A DNA stretch of 51,148 nucleotides, from NCBI GenBank assembly GCA_001785965.1, contig MFVF01000030.1, positions 1-51,148 of the forward strand. The letters are read 5' to 3'. The stretch's first letter is position 1. Each line of letters begins with the position of its first letter. Positions 1 through 7,382 of this stretch are shown here, in pieces. Source of the DNA: Candidatus Nomurabacteria bacterium RIFCSPLOWO2_01_FULL_42_20 (GTDB lineage: Bacteria > Patescibacteriota > Minisyncoccia > Phycocordibacterales > CAZVEC01). A program made the translations under genes and the position numbers. The notes under the pieces were generated by a model, which did not search any database, was not told the DNA's origin, and was given only the letters and a program-made list of their open reading frames with translations.

Positions 1-76
1 GTAAAATACGATTTTTGGTATATTCTACTTGTTTGCTTGCCCTTCGTAGCTTTTAAGCGAAGTAGGGCGTGTGTAG

Positions 77-134
77 CCCCGACGTCATTAGAGTCGGGAT
101 CCCGACTTCCGACATTAAGGTCGGAACGTCGGGA
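77..134 (+). repeat. GC-rich self-folding insert 1 in the D-stem of the outer tRNA
   Basis: Closing helix CCCGACGT (78-85) with ACGTCGGG (126-133), enclosing hairpins GTCGGGA/TCCCGAC (93-106) and TCCGAC/GTCGGA (108-113 with 120-125). The 17-mer at 93-109 is identical to 3519-3535. Confidence 0.6.
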
Positions 135-144
135 TTCAGTGGTA

Positions 145-210
145 CCCGCCCGCCAGCCCGACAGAGTCATTCTGGCGGGTACCGAACGTGGTTCGGCACG
201 TTCGGGCGGG
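145..210 (+). repeat. GC-rich self-folding insert 2 in the D-loop/D-stem of the outer tRNA
   Basis: CCCG (145-148) pairs with CGGG (207-210). Internal helices are CCCGCCAG (149-156) with CTGGCGGG (172-179), and CCGAAC (182-187) with GTTCGG (191-196). Confidence 0.55.
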
Positions 211-287
211 GAACGCTGTCCTGATATCGATTACGATATATTTAGTTCGCTCGTTCATAATGAAAATAAAGCCCTAATTTTTTGCGT

Positions 288-359
288 GCGCGTGTAGTTC
301 AGTGGTAGAACGCTGTCCTGATAAGACAGAGGTCGAAGGTCCGATTCCTTCCACGCGCA
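288..359 (+). tRNA. tRNA-Ile, anticodon GAT (320-322), uninterrupted, no encoded CCA
   Basis: Manual cloverleaf: acceptor GCGCGTG/CACGCGC, D arm GTTC-AGTGGTA-GAAC, anticodon arm CTGTC-CTGATAA-GACAG, T arm GAAGG-TCCGATT-CCTTC. The T-loop has C at the normally invariant U55 position. Flanks extend the acceptor helix to 11 bp (284-294 with 352-362). Confidence 0.85.
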
Positions 360-740
360 CGCAGAACGGTAGGCTTTATTTTCATTAGAACTCGCTGCCA
401 AATATAAGACAGAGGTCGAAGGTTCGATTCCTTCCACACGCACAAAATGGAGCAAAGCGGAATTTTGTGCGTGTGGAACAAGCCAATTGCTTGACTTGCG
501 TAAGGAATCGAAAGCCGCAGCCATGTTTTTTCAGCAGAAAAAACAGGCGAGACAGGGTCGTGAAAATTTTAAAGCGACGGCTTTAAAATTATTCCTGACC
601 GATTCCATCCGCCCGCACAAATTAATTGTATTTTATTTTAATCTTGCTTTTTTCCTTGATTTGATGTAATTTACGACAAAGGATGTCAAGCCATAGCTTG
701 ACTTAATTTGTAAACCAAAAAGAAAAAAGGAGGAAAAATC

Positions 741-1868
741 ATGACAAAAAAAATGACCTATGCCGGCGTCGGCGTGAACTACGACGCGATGGATCCGTTC
801 AAACGCGATGCGCAAGCAGTCGCAGCGACAACGGATCACTTTGTCGAGCGTTTTGGTTTCAAGGTCGTACCATGGAGCCGAGGCGAGAGCGTTTTTCTTA
901 TCGAAACGCCTTGGGGGTATCTGGGATTCGTTGTGGAGGGTCTCGGCACTAAGAATATGGTAGCCGATGACCTCTATCGGCTCGGAAAACAGGTGGAATC
1001 GCTCTTTGGTAAATCGTTCTATGATCAAGTAGCGCAATGCAATGTGGCCATGGTGGTCAATGACACGATCACGCTCGGCACACTTCCTGTTTCTCTCGGC
1101 CAGTACCTGGCCGTTGGCGACTCCGGGTGGTTCAGCGACGAGCGGCGCCGCGCTGACCTGATCGAAGGAACGCGGAAGGCCTGTGTTCTGGCACGATGCG
1201 TATGGGGCGGCGGAGAAACACCAACACTCAAAGGCATCATCATGCCTGGAACTTCAGATCTTTCGGGTGCCGCCATGGGATGGCTTGCAAAGAAGGATCG
1301 TGTTTTAGGGCCACATAAAATCCAACACGACGATGCGATCATTCTCATCGAGAGTTCTGGTATCCACGCGAACGGCCTCACGATGGCGCGGAAGATCGCT
1401 GACAAGCTGCCTGACGGCTATCTTACGCGGCTCGACGATGGGCGAACGTACGGAGAGACTCTGCTCGATCCTACGCACATTTACGTTGCACTCGTTGAGG
1501 ATTGCCTCAATCGCGGAGTGAGTATTCACTACGCGGTGAACATCACGGGCCATGGCTGGCGCAAGCTCATGCGGGCGACGCAATCGTTCGCCTACATCAT
1601 CGAGTATCTGCCAAAGCAGCTTCCGATCTTCGACTTTCTGCAGAAGCACGGCCCGGTGGACGATAAGGAAGCATATGGCAACTTCAACATGGGTGCGGGC
1701 TTCGCACTCTATGTTTCGGAAGCCGATGTGGCTACTGTTCTTGAAGTCGCTGCTTCGCACAAACTCGGCGCGCTTCGTGCCGGATACATTGAGCAAAGCA
1801 ACGAGAAGAAAGTCGTCATCCGACCGAAGGGCCTCGAATACTCCGGCTCAACGCTCCGCCTACGTTAA
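741..1868 (+). CDS. PurM/AIR-synthase family protein
   Basis: 375-aa ORF with a strong SD (AAGGAGG) upstream. PurM-like blocks: YAGVGVNYDA, EGLGTKNMVAD, VAMVVNDTITLG, GGETPTLKG, ESSGIHANGLTMARKI, LLDPTHIYV, FNMGAGFALYV. Visibly GC-richer than its neighbours. Confidence 0.7.
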   Translation: MTKKMTYAGVGVNYDAMDPFKRDAQAVAATTDHFVERFGFKVVPWSRGESVFLIETPWGYLGFVVEGLGTKNMVADDLYRLGKQVESLFGKSFYDQVAQCNVAMVVNDTITLGTLPVSLGQYLAVGDSGWFSDERRRADLIEGTRKACVLARCVWGGGETPTLKGIIMPGTSDLSGAAMGWLAKKDRVLGPHKIQHDDAIILIESSGIHANGLTMARKIADKLPDGYLTRLDDGRTYGETLLDPTHIYVALVEDCLNRGVSIHYAVNITGHGWRKLMRATQSFAYIIEYLPKQLPIFDFLQKHGPVDDKEAYGNFNMGAGFALYVSEADVATVLEVAASHKLGALRAGYIEQSNEKKVVIRPKGLEYSGSTLRLR

Positions 1869-1917
1869 AACTTCGGCGGACAAATCGGTGTCCGATGACT
1901 CGCAATTTCAAATTAAT

Positions 1918-1950
1918 GGGTTCTCTGCCAGAAGGCAGTGAACCCTTTTT
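1918..1950 (+). terminator. Rho-independent terminator after the purM-like gene
   Basis: GGGTTCTCTGCC-AGAA-GGCAGTGAACCC followed by TTTTT. Confidence 0.7.
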
Positions 1951-2138
1951 CTTTTTGTAAAAATACTAAAGAATTTGCCGCCATTGGACTTTGTGATTTT
2001 TGTAGTATAATTAAGTAATTAATAGATAATATCCGCCGTCGCTTGCGAAGCTATGGCGAGACAAAGTAAAAATATATGGCAAAAGGAACAGGAATGAGGA
2101 AAGAGGTAAAAAAGCCGAAGAAAAATAAGAAGAAATAG

Positions 2139-3761
2139 ATGACTCAATTAGAGGCACTGAATGTTTTAAAGACTGGCGCCAATGTATTTCTGACCGGCGA
2201 GCCCGGATCGGGGAAGACTTATGTTGTCAATCAATATGTGAAGTATTTGCGCGAACGAAAAATCGAGCCGGCGATTACCGCTTCGACCGGCATTGCCGCC
2301 ACGCACATCGGCGGATATACCATTCACTCTTGGAGCGGGATCGGCATTAAAAATACGCTGACGAAATATGATCTGGATAAAATTGCGCAGAGCGAATATC
2401 TCACTCGCCGGATCCGCAAAGCCAAAGTCTTGATCATTGACGAGATTTCCATGCTCCGCGCCGAGACGCTTTCCATGATTGACGCGGTTTGCCGAGAGGT
2501 GAGGCAATCAAGCGAAGCATTTGGAAATTTGCAAGTAGTTTTAGTCGGCGACTTTTTCCAGTTGCCGCCCATCAATAAGGAGAAACAGGAGAACATTCAA
2601 GTTTCTTTATTGAGTGAAAAGGAAGCTAATTTCGCGTATGAATCAGGAGCCTGGAAAAATATTAAACCGATAACCTGCTATTTGAGCGAACAGCACCGCC
2701 AGGACGACGGCCAATTCTTGGATCTCCTCTGCGCCATTCGGCGCGATACGGTAAATCAAGATCACCTAGATTGTTTGCGGTCGCGTTTTGTCGAAACTGG
2801 TCAGGAAAATATCACCAAGCTTTATTCGCACAATGCCGATGTTGACCGGGTTAATTTGGAAATGTTGGAAAAAATTGGCGAAGAAACGGTTAATTTTGAA
2901 ATGACTTCGGCCGGAGCGCCGGGACTTGTCGCGGGCTTAAAAAAAGGATGCCTCTCGCCGGAGTCGCTTGCGCTCAAAAAACGGGCGGTCGTCATGTGCA
3001 CAAAAAATAATCCGAAGGAGGGTTTTGTAAATGGCACTTTGGGTGTGGTGGCGGATTTTGACGGCTATACTAAATATCCGATTGTGAAAACTTATTCAGG
3101 GCAAACGATTAAAATCTCGCCGATGGATTGGAGCATTGAAGAGCAAGGTAAAATCAAAGCGAAAATCAGCCAAGTTCCGCTTCGGCTGGCCTGGGCGATG
3201 ACGGTTCATAAAAGCCAGGGGATGAGTTTAGATTCGGCGGTGATGGACTTGTCGGGAGTTTTTGAATACGGGCAGGGCTATGTCGCTCTCTCGCGGGTCT
3301 GCCGGCTGTCGGGACTTCATTTGCTTGGTTTGAACGACCGGGCGCTCAAAGTGCATCCGCAAATTTTTGAGCAAGATAATGTTTTTAAAAACGCTTCGGA
3401 GGAGACGCGGAAAACTTTCGGCGAATTGCCGGCCGAAGAAATGAAAAAAATGCACCGCAATTTCATTTCGGCCTTGGGCGGTAAATGGAAGGAAAAGGAA
3501 GTCCCGATGCCCGGAGGGGTCGGGATCCCGACTTCTCCCCAAAAGGAGAATGTCGGGAAAAAACCAAAAAGCAACTATCTGGAAAAAATTCGCGAAAAGC
3601 ACAAAAACGCCTACGCTCGGTGGAGAAAGGAAGAGGAGAAAGATTTAGTCCAAAATTTCAATGAAGGAAAAACAATAAAAGAAATTTCGATTTTACTCGG
3701 CCGAAAAACCGGCGGCATAAGAGCTAGGCTGGTCAAACTTGGCCTGTTGGAAGAAAATTAA
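2139..3761 (+). CDS. Pif1/RecD-family (SF1B) DNA helicase with C-terminal HTH-like tail
   Basis: Walker A GEPGSGKTY, IDEISML, VLVGDFFQLPP, MTVHKSQGMSLD, YVALSRV. C-terminal tail KTIKEISILLGRKTGGIRARLVKLGL. Confidence 0.8.
   Translation: MTQLEALNVLKTGANVFLTGEPGSGKTYVVNQYVKYLRERKIEPAITASTGIAATHIGGYTIHSWSGIGIKNTLTKYDLDKIAQSEYLTRRIRKAKVLIIDEISMLRAETLSMIDAVCREVRQSSEAFGNLQVVLVGDFFQLPPINKEKQENIQVSLLSEKEANFAYESGAWKNIKPITCYLSEQHRQDDGQFLDLLCAIRRDTVNQDHLDCLRSRFVETGQENITKLYSHNADVDRVNLEMLEKIGEETVNFEMTSAGAPGLVAGLKKGCLSPESLALKKRAVVMCTKNNPKEGFVNGTLGVVADFDGYTKYPIVKTYSGQTIKISPMDWSIEEQGKIKAKISQVPLRLAWAMTVHKSQGMSLDSAVMDLSGVFEYGQGYVALSRVCRLSGLHLLGLNDRALKVHPQIFEQDNVFKNASEETRKTFGELPAEEMKKMHRNFISALGGKWKEKEVPMPGGVGIPTSPQKENVGKKPKSNYLEKIREKHKNAYARWRKEEEKDLVQNFNEGKTIKEISILLGRKTGGIRARLVKLGLLEEN
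3498..3535 (+). repeat. GC-rich palindromic element inside the helicase C-terminal linker (in frame)
   Basis: GAAGTC (3498-3503) pairs with GACTTC (3530-3535). It contains GTCGGGATCCCGACTTC (3519-3535), identical to 93-109 in the tRNA insert. Encodes VPMPGGVGIPTS. Confidence 0.55.
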
Positions 3762-3783
3762 AAAGAGATGTATAATAATTAAA

Positions 3784-3819
3784 CAACATTCTCACATTCT
3801 TGAGAATGTGAGAATGTTG
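3784..3819. repeat. 36-bp palindrome (17-bp arms), variant of the CATTCTAACATTCTA family
   Basis: CAACATTCTCACATTCT-tg-AGAATGTGAGAATGTTG, 23 nt after the helicase stop. Related to the palindromes at 21409-21450 and 25101-25130. Confidence 0.8.
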
Positions 3820-3825
3820 CAAAAG

Positions 3826-4230
3826 ATGACCAAGGAAGAATTTGAAAAATTGGTGGCGGCCGCGTCGGAAGAATTACCCGAACGCATTCGGGCTAAGATT
3901 AAAAATGTCGCTTTTCTCACTGAAGATAAAATCCGCCGGCGCAAGAAAGGCGAGCTTGGACTTAAGTTGGGCGAGAGCTTGCTTGGTCTTTATGAAGGTG
4001 TGCCGAGGACGGAGCGCGGTTCCGGATATTTTGGCGTTTTGCCGGACAGGATCACGATTTTCAAAGAGCCGATTGAAGAAATTTGCGCCAGTGATCCGAA
4101 GAAGATTAGACAGCTTGTTTTTGAGGTCGTCTGGCATGAAGTCGGGCATTACTTCGGCTTTGACGAGCCATCTATCCGCAAACTGGAAAAAGAGCGTTTT
4201 TTTTCAAATAAATTCACTCATGATAAATAA
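3826..4230 (+). CDS. Zincin-like metallopeptidase family protein (DUF1025-type)
   Basis: C-terminal WHEVGHYFGFDE (HExxH) with an LYEGVPRTER block. Start chosen at MTKEEF; alternatives at 3814 or 3739 lie inside or upstream of the palindrome. Confidence 0.6.
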   Translation: MTKEEFEKLVAAASEELPERIRAKIKNVAFLTEDKIRRRKKGELGLKLGESLLGLYEGVPRTERGSGYFGVLPDRITIFKEPIEEICASDPKKIRQLVFEVVWHEVGHYFGFDEPSIRKLEKERFFSNKFTHDK

Positions 4231-4280
4231 AATGATAGAATATGGGGGTCGGATTATTATTAGTTAATTTAAATAAAAAA

Positions 4281-4655
4281 ATGTTTTCACAATTACTTGC
4301 GTATAATGATATCGGTTTGTTTTTATTGCGCTTGGCGGTAGCGGTAATTTTTATTTACCACGCTTGGCCAAAATTAAAAAATTCCAAAGGGATGGCGGCC
4401 ATGGTCGGCATGCCCGCGGGCATGATATTTATGCTCGGCGCCGTAGAATTTTTATCATCTGTCGGACTTATTCTAGGTTTATACACCCAGCTGGCCGCGC
4501 TACTTCTAGCGATTGTCATGTTGGGCGCGATCGGTTTTAAAGTAATGAAGTGGAAGGTCTCCTTTAGCGCAACGGATAAAACCGGCTGGGAATTTGATTT
4601 AATATTGCTCGCCGCCAACATTGCCATTTTATTTTCCGGCGGCGGAGTAATATGA
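4281..4655 (+). CDS. DoxX family membrane protein
   Basis: About four TM segments; N-terminus GLFLLRLAVAVIFIYHAWPKL is typical of DoxX. Start taken at MFSQLL. Confidence 0.6.
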   Translation: MFSQLLAYNDIGLFLLRLAVAVIFIYHAWPKLKNSKGMAAMVGMPAGMIFMLGAVEFLSSVGLILGLYTQLAALLLAIVMLGAIGFKVMKWKVSFSATDKTGWEFDLILLAANIAILFSGGGVI

Positions 4656-4670
4656 TCTATCCGATGAACT

Positions 4671-5030
4671 ATGAATCTAAAAGAATTAACTGCGGAAGAA
4701 AAGAGAGTGATTGAGGAGAAGGGGACGGAAGCGCCTTTTTCGGGCGAGTATGAAAATTTTTGGGAAAAAGGAATTTATGTCTGCAAACACTGCGGCGCGC
4801 CGCTATACCACTCGGAAAATAAATTTGACGCCAAGTGCGGCTGGCCGAGCTTTGATGATGAGATTGCAGATGCCGTGAAAAGAACGCCTGATCCGGATAA
4901 TCAGCGTACGGAAATCACTTGCGCCAAATGCGGGGCGCATTTAGGTCACATTTTCCAAGGCGAGGAATTGACTCCGAAAAACATCCGCCACTGCGTGAAT
5001 TCTATTTCCCTAAAATTCAAACCCAATTAA
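4671..5030 (+). CDS. msrB: Peptide-methionine (R)-S-oxide reductase
   Basis: CKHCGAPLY...KCGWPSF...CAKCGAHLGHIF...RHCVNS (zinc CxxC pairs and catalytic Cys). Confidence 0.9.
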   Translation: MNLKELTAEEKRVIEEKGTEAPFSGEYENFWEKGIYVCKHCGAPLYHSENKFDAKCGWPSFDDEIADAVKRTPDPDNQRTEITCAKCGAHLGHIFQGEELTPKNIRHCVNSISLKFKPN

Positions 5031-5220
5031 ACCACCCAAATAACACCCTTACAAACTCCAGTTTGTTGGTATGTTTTAAATTAGTCTTGTTAGACGGATT
5101 TTGAAAAAATAAGAAGAAGTAGTTTTACTTTGAATAAAACTATTTATATGTTACAATAAGACCGTGCTAAGAAGAAATTTAGTCGAGTTTCTTGGTATAA
5201 AAATAATAAAAAACAATCAC

Positions 5221-5421
5221 ATGAAAGGAACTATTAAAACTCTTGTGGTAGGAAAACCTTTTGGATTCATTTCTCGAGAAGGTGAAACAAAGGATCTTTT
5301 TTTTCACGAGAGTGAACTGAAAAGTGTGACATTGGACGAATTGAAAGTTGGCGATGTTGTCACTTTTGAAGTTGGCCAGGGAGACAAAGGCCCATTTGCC
5401 CAAAACGTATCACGCGCCTAA
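5221..5421 (+). CDS. Cold-shock-domain-like nucleic-acid-binding protein
   Basis: 66 aa: MKGTIKTLVVGKPFGFISREG...DLFFHESEL...VGDVVTFEV. CSD/S1-like OB-fold pattern. Confidence 0.6.
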   Translation: MKGTIKTLVVGKPFGFISREGETKDLFFHESELKSVTLDELKVGDVVTFEVGQGDKGPFAQNVSRA

Positions 5422-5445
5422 GCCGTCTACAGGTGCCTCACGAAG

Positions 5446-5484
5446 AAAAAACCACCCCGAGCGTAGTCGAGGGGTGGTTTTTTC
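5446..5484 (+). terminator. Rho-independent terminator
   Basis: AAAAAACCACCCC (5446-5458) pairs with GGGGTGGTTTTTT (5471-5483); T-tract at the 3' end. Confidence 0.8.
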
Positions 5485-5531
5485 TTTAATAGTGTAGACT
5501 CATCCTTTTTATAATGATAGAGTTATTTCTC

Positions 5532-7010
5532 ATGGCAAAAGATGAAACAATTCTTCGATTCGATAAAGTGTCGTTTGAATATGGCCACAATAAACCCATC
5601 CTAGATGAAGTTAGTTTTCCGCTTCGCCGATGTTCGAAGGTAACCATCATGGGTCAAAATGGCGCAGGAAAAAGCACGATGTTTCAGTTGATCACTGGAA
5701 CGTTAAAACCAGAATTAGGCATTATTAATATTATTCCAGGCATTACAACCGCCCTGTCTCGACAAGTTATTTCGCAGGCAGACATGCAACTTACAGTGCG
5801 TGAATTTTTAGAAAAAAGTTTCTTGAAGAAAGTGTACGATATTGACCCCAAGATTGATAAAGTGCTTGAAGTGGTAAATTTAAAAGGTCACGAAAAGCTT
5901 CATGACCGAATTCTGAAAACATTTTCCGGTGGCCAGCAGGCCCGTATATTGCTGGCTTCGGCCCTAATTGCCGAGCCGGATTTACTATTACTTGATGAGC
6001 CAACCAACAATCTCGACGCGGCTGGCATCGCTCATTTAACTAAATTCCTGATTGAATATAAGAAAACAGTCGTGGTAATTTCTCACGACGCGGATTTCCT
6101 TAATGCCTTTAGCGACAGCGTGCTCTATTTAGATATTTACACGCGCAAAGTTGAACAATATGTAGGGAACTATTCCAATGTGCTCAAAGACATTACCGCT
6201 CGGGTTGAAAAAGAAAACAGTAAAAATGCGCGCTTGGCCAAAGCGGCAATAGAGAAGAAAGAAAAAGCGAACTTCTTTGCCATGAAGGGCGGTCGCATGC
6301 GTTTGCTCGCCAAGCGCATGCGAGAAGACGCGGCCGTTATGGAAGAAGAGCAGGTTGATGTACGCAAGGAAGATAAAACAATCAGGTCTTTTACGATTCC
6401 GTGTCAGACTGACCTCGTCGGAGAAATTATTTCGATTACTTCATTTACGACGATGAACTCAAAAACAGGCAAGGTTATAAAACATAAAGCGGAAATTAAA
6501 CTCAAAAAAAATCAGCATTTACTTTTGAAAGGCCCAAATGGCATCGGCAAGAGCGCTTTACTTGAACACCTGGCAAATAATACAGCTCCCGGGGCAAAAA
6601 TTTTAGAAGGCATTCGCGTCGGGTATTATCGTCAGGATTTCTCGACATTAAACTTTGAAGATACTGTCTATGCTTCACTGGCAAGCGCGATGCTTTCAGG
6701 CGGAATACCATTAAATGAAGAGCGCTTACGAGCAACGGCGGCAAGTTTTCTCATCACCGGAGATGTTATCCACACAAAGATCGGATCTCTTTCGGAAGGA
6801 CAAAAGGGTCTTGTTGCTTTTGCGCGTTTGGTGCTTGAACGTCCAGGGCTGCTCATTTTTGATGAACCAACGAATCATATTAACTTTCGCCATATTCCAG
6901 TCATTGCCGAAGCCCTCAATAAATATCAAGGCGCGCTCGTTCTCGTCTCCCATGTCCCCGAATTCATTAAAAAGATCCGCATTGATGAAGTGCTTGATCT
7001 GGAAAAGTAA
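5532..7010 (+). CDS. ABC-F family ATPase (two ABC domains, no TM domain)
   Basis: Walker A motifs GQNGAGKST and GPNGIGKSA. Signatures FSGGQQARI and LSEGQKGLV. Walker B motifs LLLLDEPTN and LLIFDEPTN. Charged linker between the domains. Confidence 0.85.
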   Translation: MAKDETILRFDKVSFEYGHNKPILDEVSFPLRRCSKVTIMGQNGAGKSTMFQLITGTLKPELGIINIIPGITTALSRQVISQADMQLTVREFLEKSFLKKVYDIDPKIDKVLEVVNLKGHEKLHDRILKTFSGGQQARILLASALIAEPDLLLLDEPTNNLDAAGIAHLTKFLIEYKKTVVVISHDADFLNAFSDSVLYLDIYTRKVEQYVGNYSNVLKDITARVEKENSKNARLAKAAIEKKEKANFFAMKGGRMRLLAKRMREDAAVMEEEQVDVRKEDKTIRSFTIPCQTDLVGEIISITSFTTMNSKTGKVIKHKAEIKLKKNQHLLLKGPNGIGKSALLEHLANNTAPGAKILEGIRVGYYRQDFSTLNFEDTVYASLASAMLSGGIPLNEERLRATAASFLITGDVIHTKIGSLSEGQKGLVAFARLVLERPGLLIFDEPTNHINFRHIPVIAEALNKYQGALVLVSHVPEFIKKIRIDEVLDLEK

Positions 7011-7092
7011 AAACTTTTAGTTGTTTTTAGATTGTTTTTGTGATTTAATTATCATTCTGTTATGGATCCCGTAGTAGAATTTTGATTCGATT

Positions 7093-7359
7093 ATGTTCTA
7101 TACCTATGTTTTACAAAGTAAAATGAATAATCAGCTATATATTGGATATACAGCTGATTTAAAACGCAGATTATCAGAACATAATCAAGGGTTAAATTTT
7201 TCTACAAAGAGATACATGCCTTGGCAATTAATTTATTACGAAGCTTCGGTAGAAGAGAGTGACGCCAAACGAAGAGAGAAGTATCTAAAAACAACTCAAG
7301 GTGGTAGATTACTAAAGCGGAGAATAAAGGATTATTTATATAAAAGTCGAAAAATTTAA
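7093..7359 (+). CDS. GIY-YIG nuclease family protein
   Basis: FYTYVLQS...QLYIGYTADLKRRLSEHNQG...E.KRREKYLK. Confidence 0.8.
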   Translation: MFYTYVLQSKMNNQLYIGYTADLKRRLSEHNQGLNFSTKRYMPWQLIYYEASVEESDAKRREKYLKTTQGGRLLKRRIKDYLYKSRKI

Positions 7360-7382
7360 CCAAATCAAAATTTCACTACAGG

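Larger units (their letters stand above)
67..442 (+). tRNA. Interrupted tRNA-Ile(GAU)-like gene; exon-like segments 67-76, 135-144, 211-226 and 407-442 join into a canonical 72-nt cloverleaf
   Basis: The joined segments read GCGTGTG-TA-GTTC-AGTGGTA-GAAC-G-CTGTC-CTGATAA-GACAG-AGGTC-GAAGG-TTCGATT-CCTTC-CACACGC-A. The 7-bp acceptor stem is perfect and the T-loop is the canonical TTCGATT. Inserts of 58, 66 and 180 nt lie at positions 10/11, 21/22 and 37/38. Confidence 0.5.

Noticed and set aside
37-524. ORFs in the supplied track at 37-297 (+), 255-524 (-) and 299-481 (-)
   Set aside because: They run through tRNA sequence and GC-rich hairpin inserts. The translations are low-complexity Arg/Ser/Pro-rich, and RNA structure explains the region better.
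1025-1796. Antisense and alternative-frame ORFs inside the purM-like gene (1025-1405 -, 1305-1796 -, 1552-1941 +)
   Set aside because: These are typical shadow ORFs of a GC-richer gene. Only the frame at 741-1868 shows family motifs.
2076-2138. 19-codon ORF (MAKGTGMRKEVKKPKKNKKK) just upstream of the helicase gene
   Set aside because: It is too short and low-complexity to support as a gene from sequence alone. It could equally be an A-rich leader.
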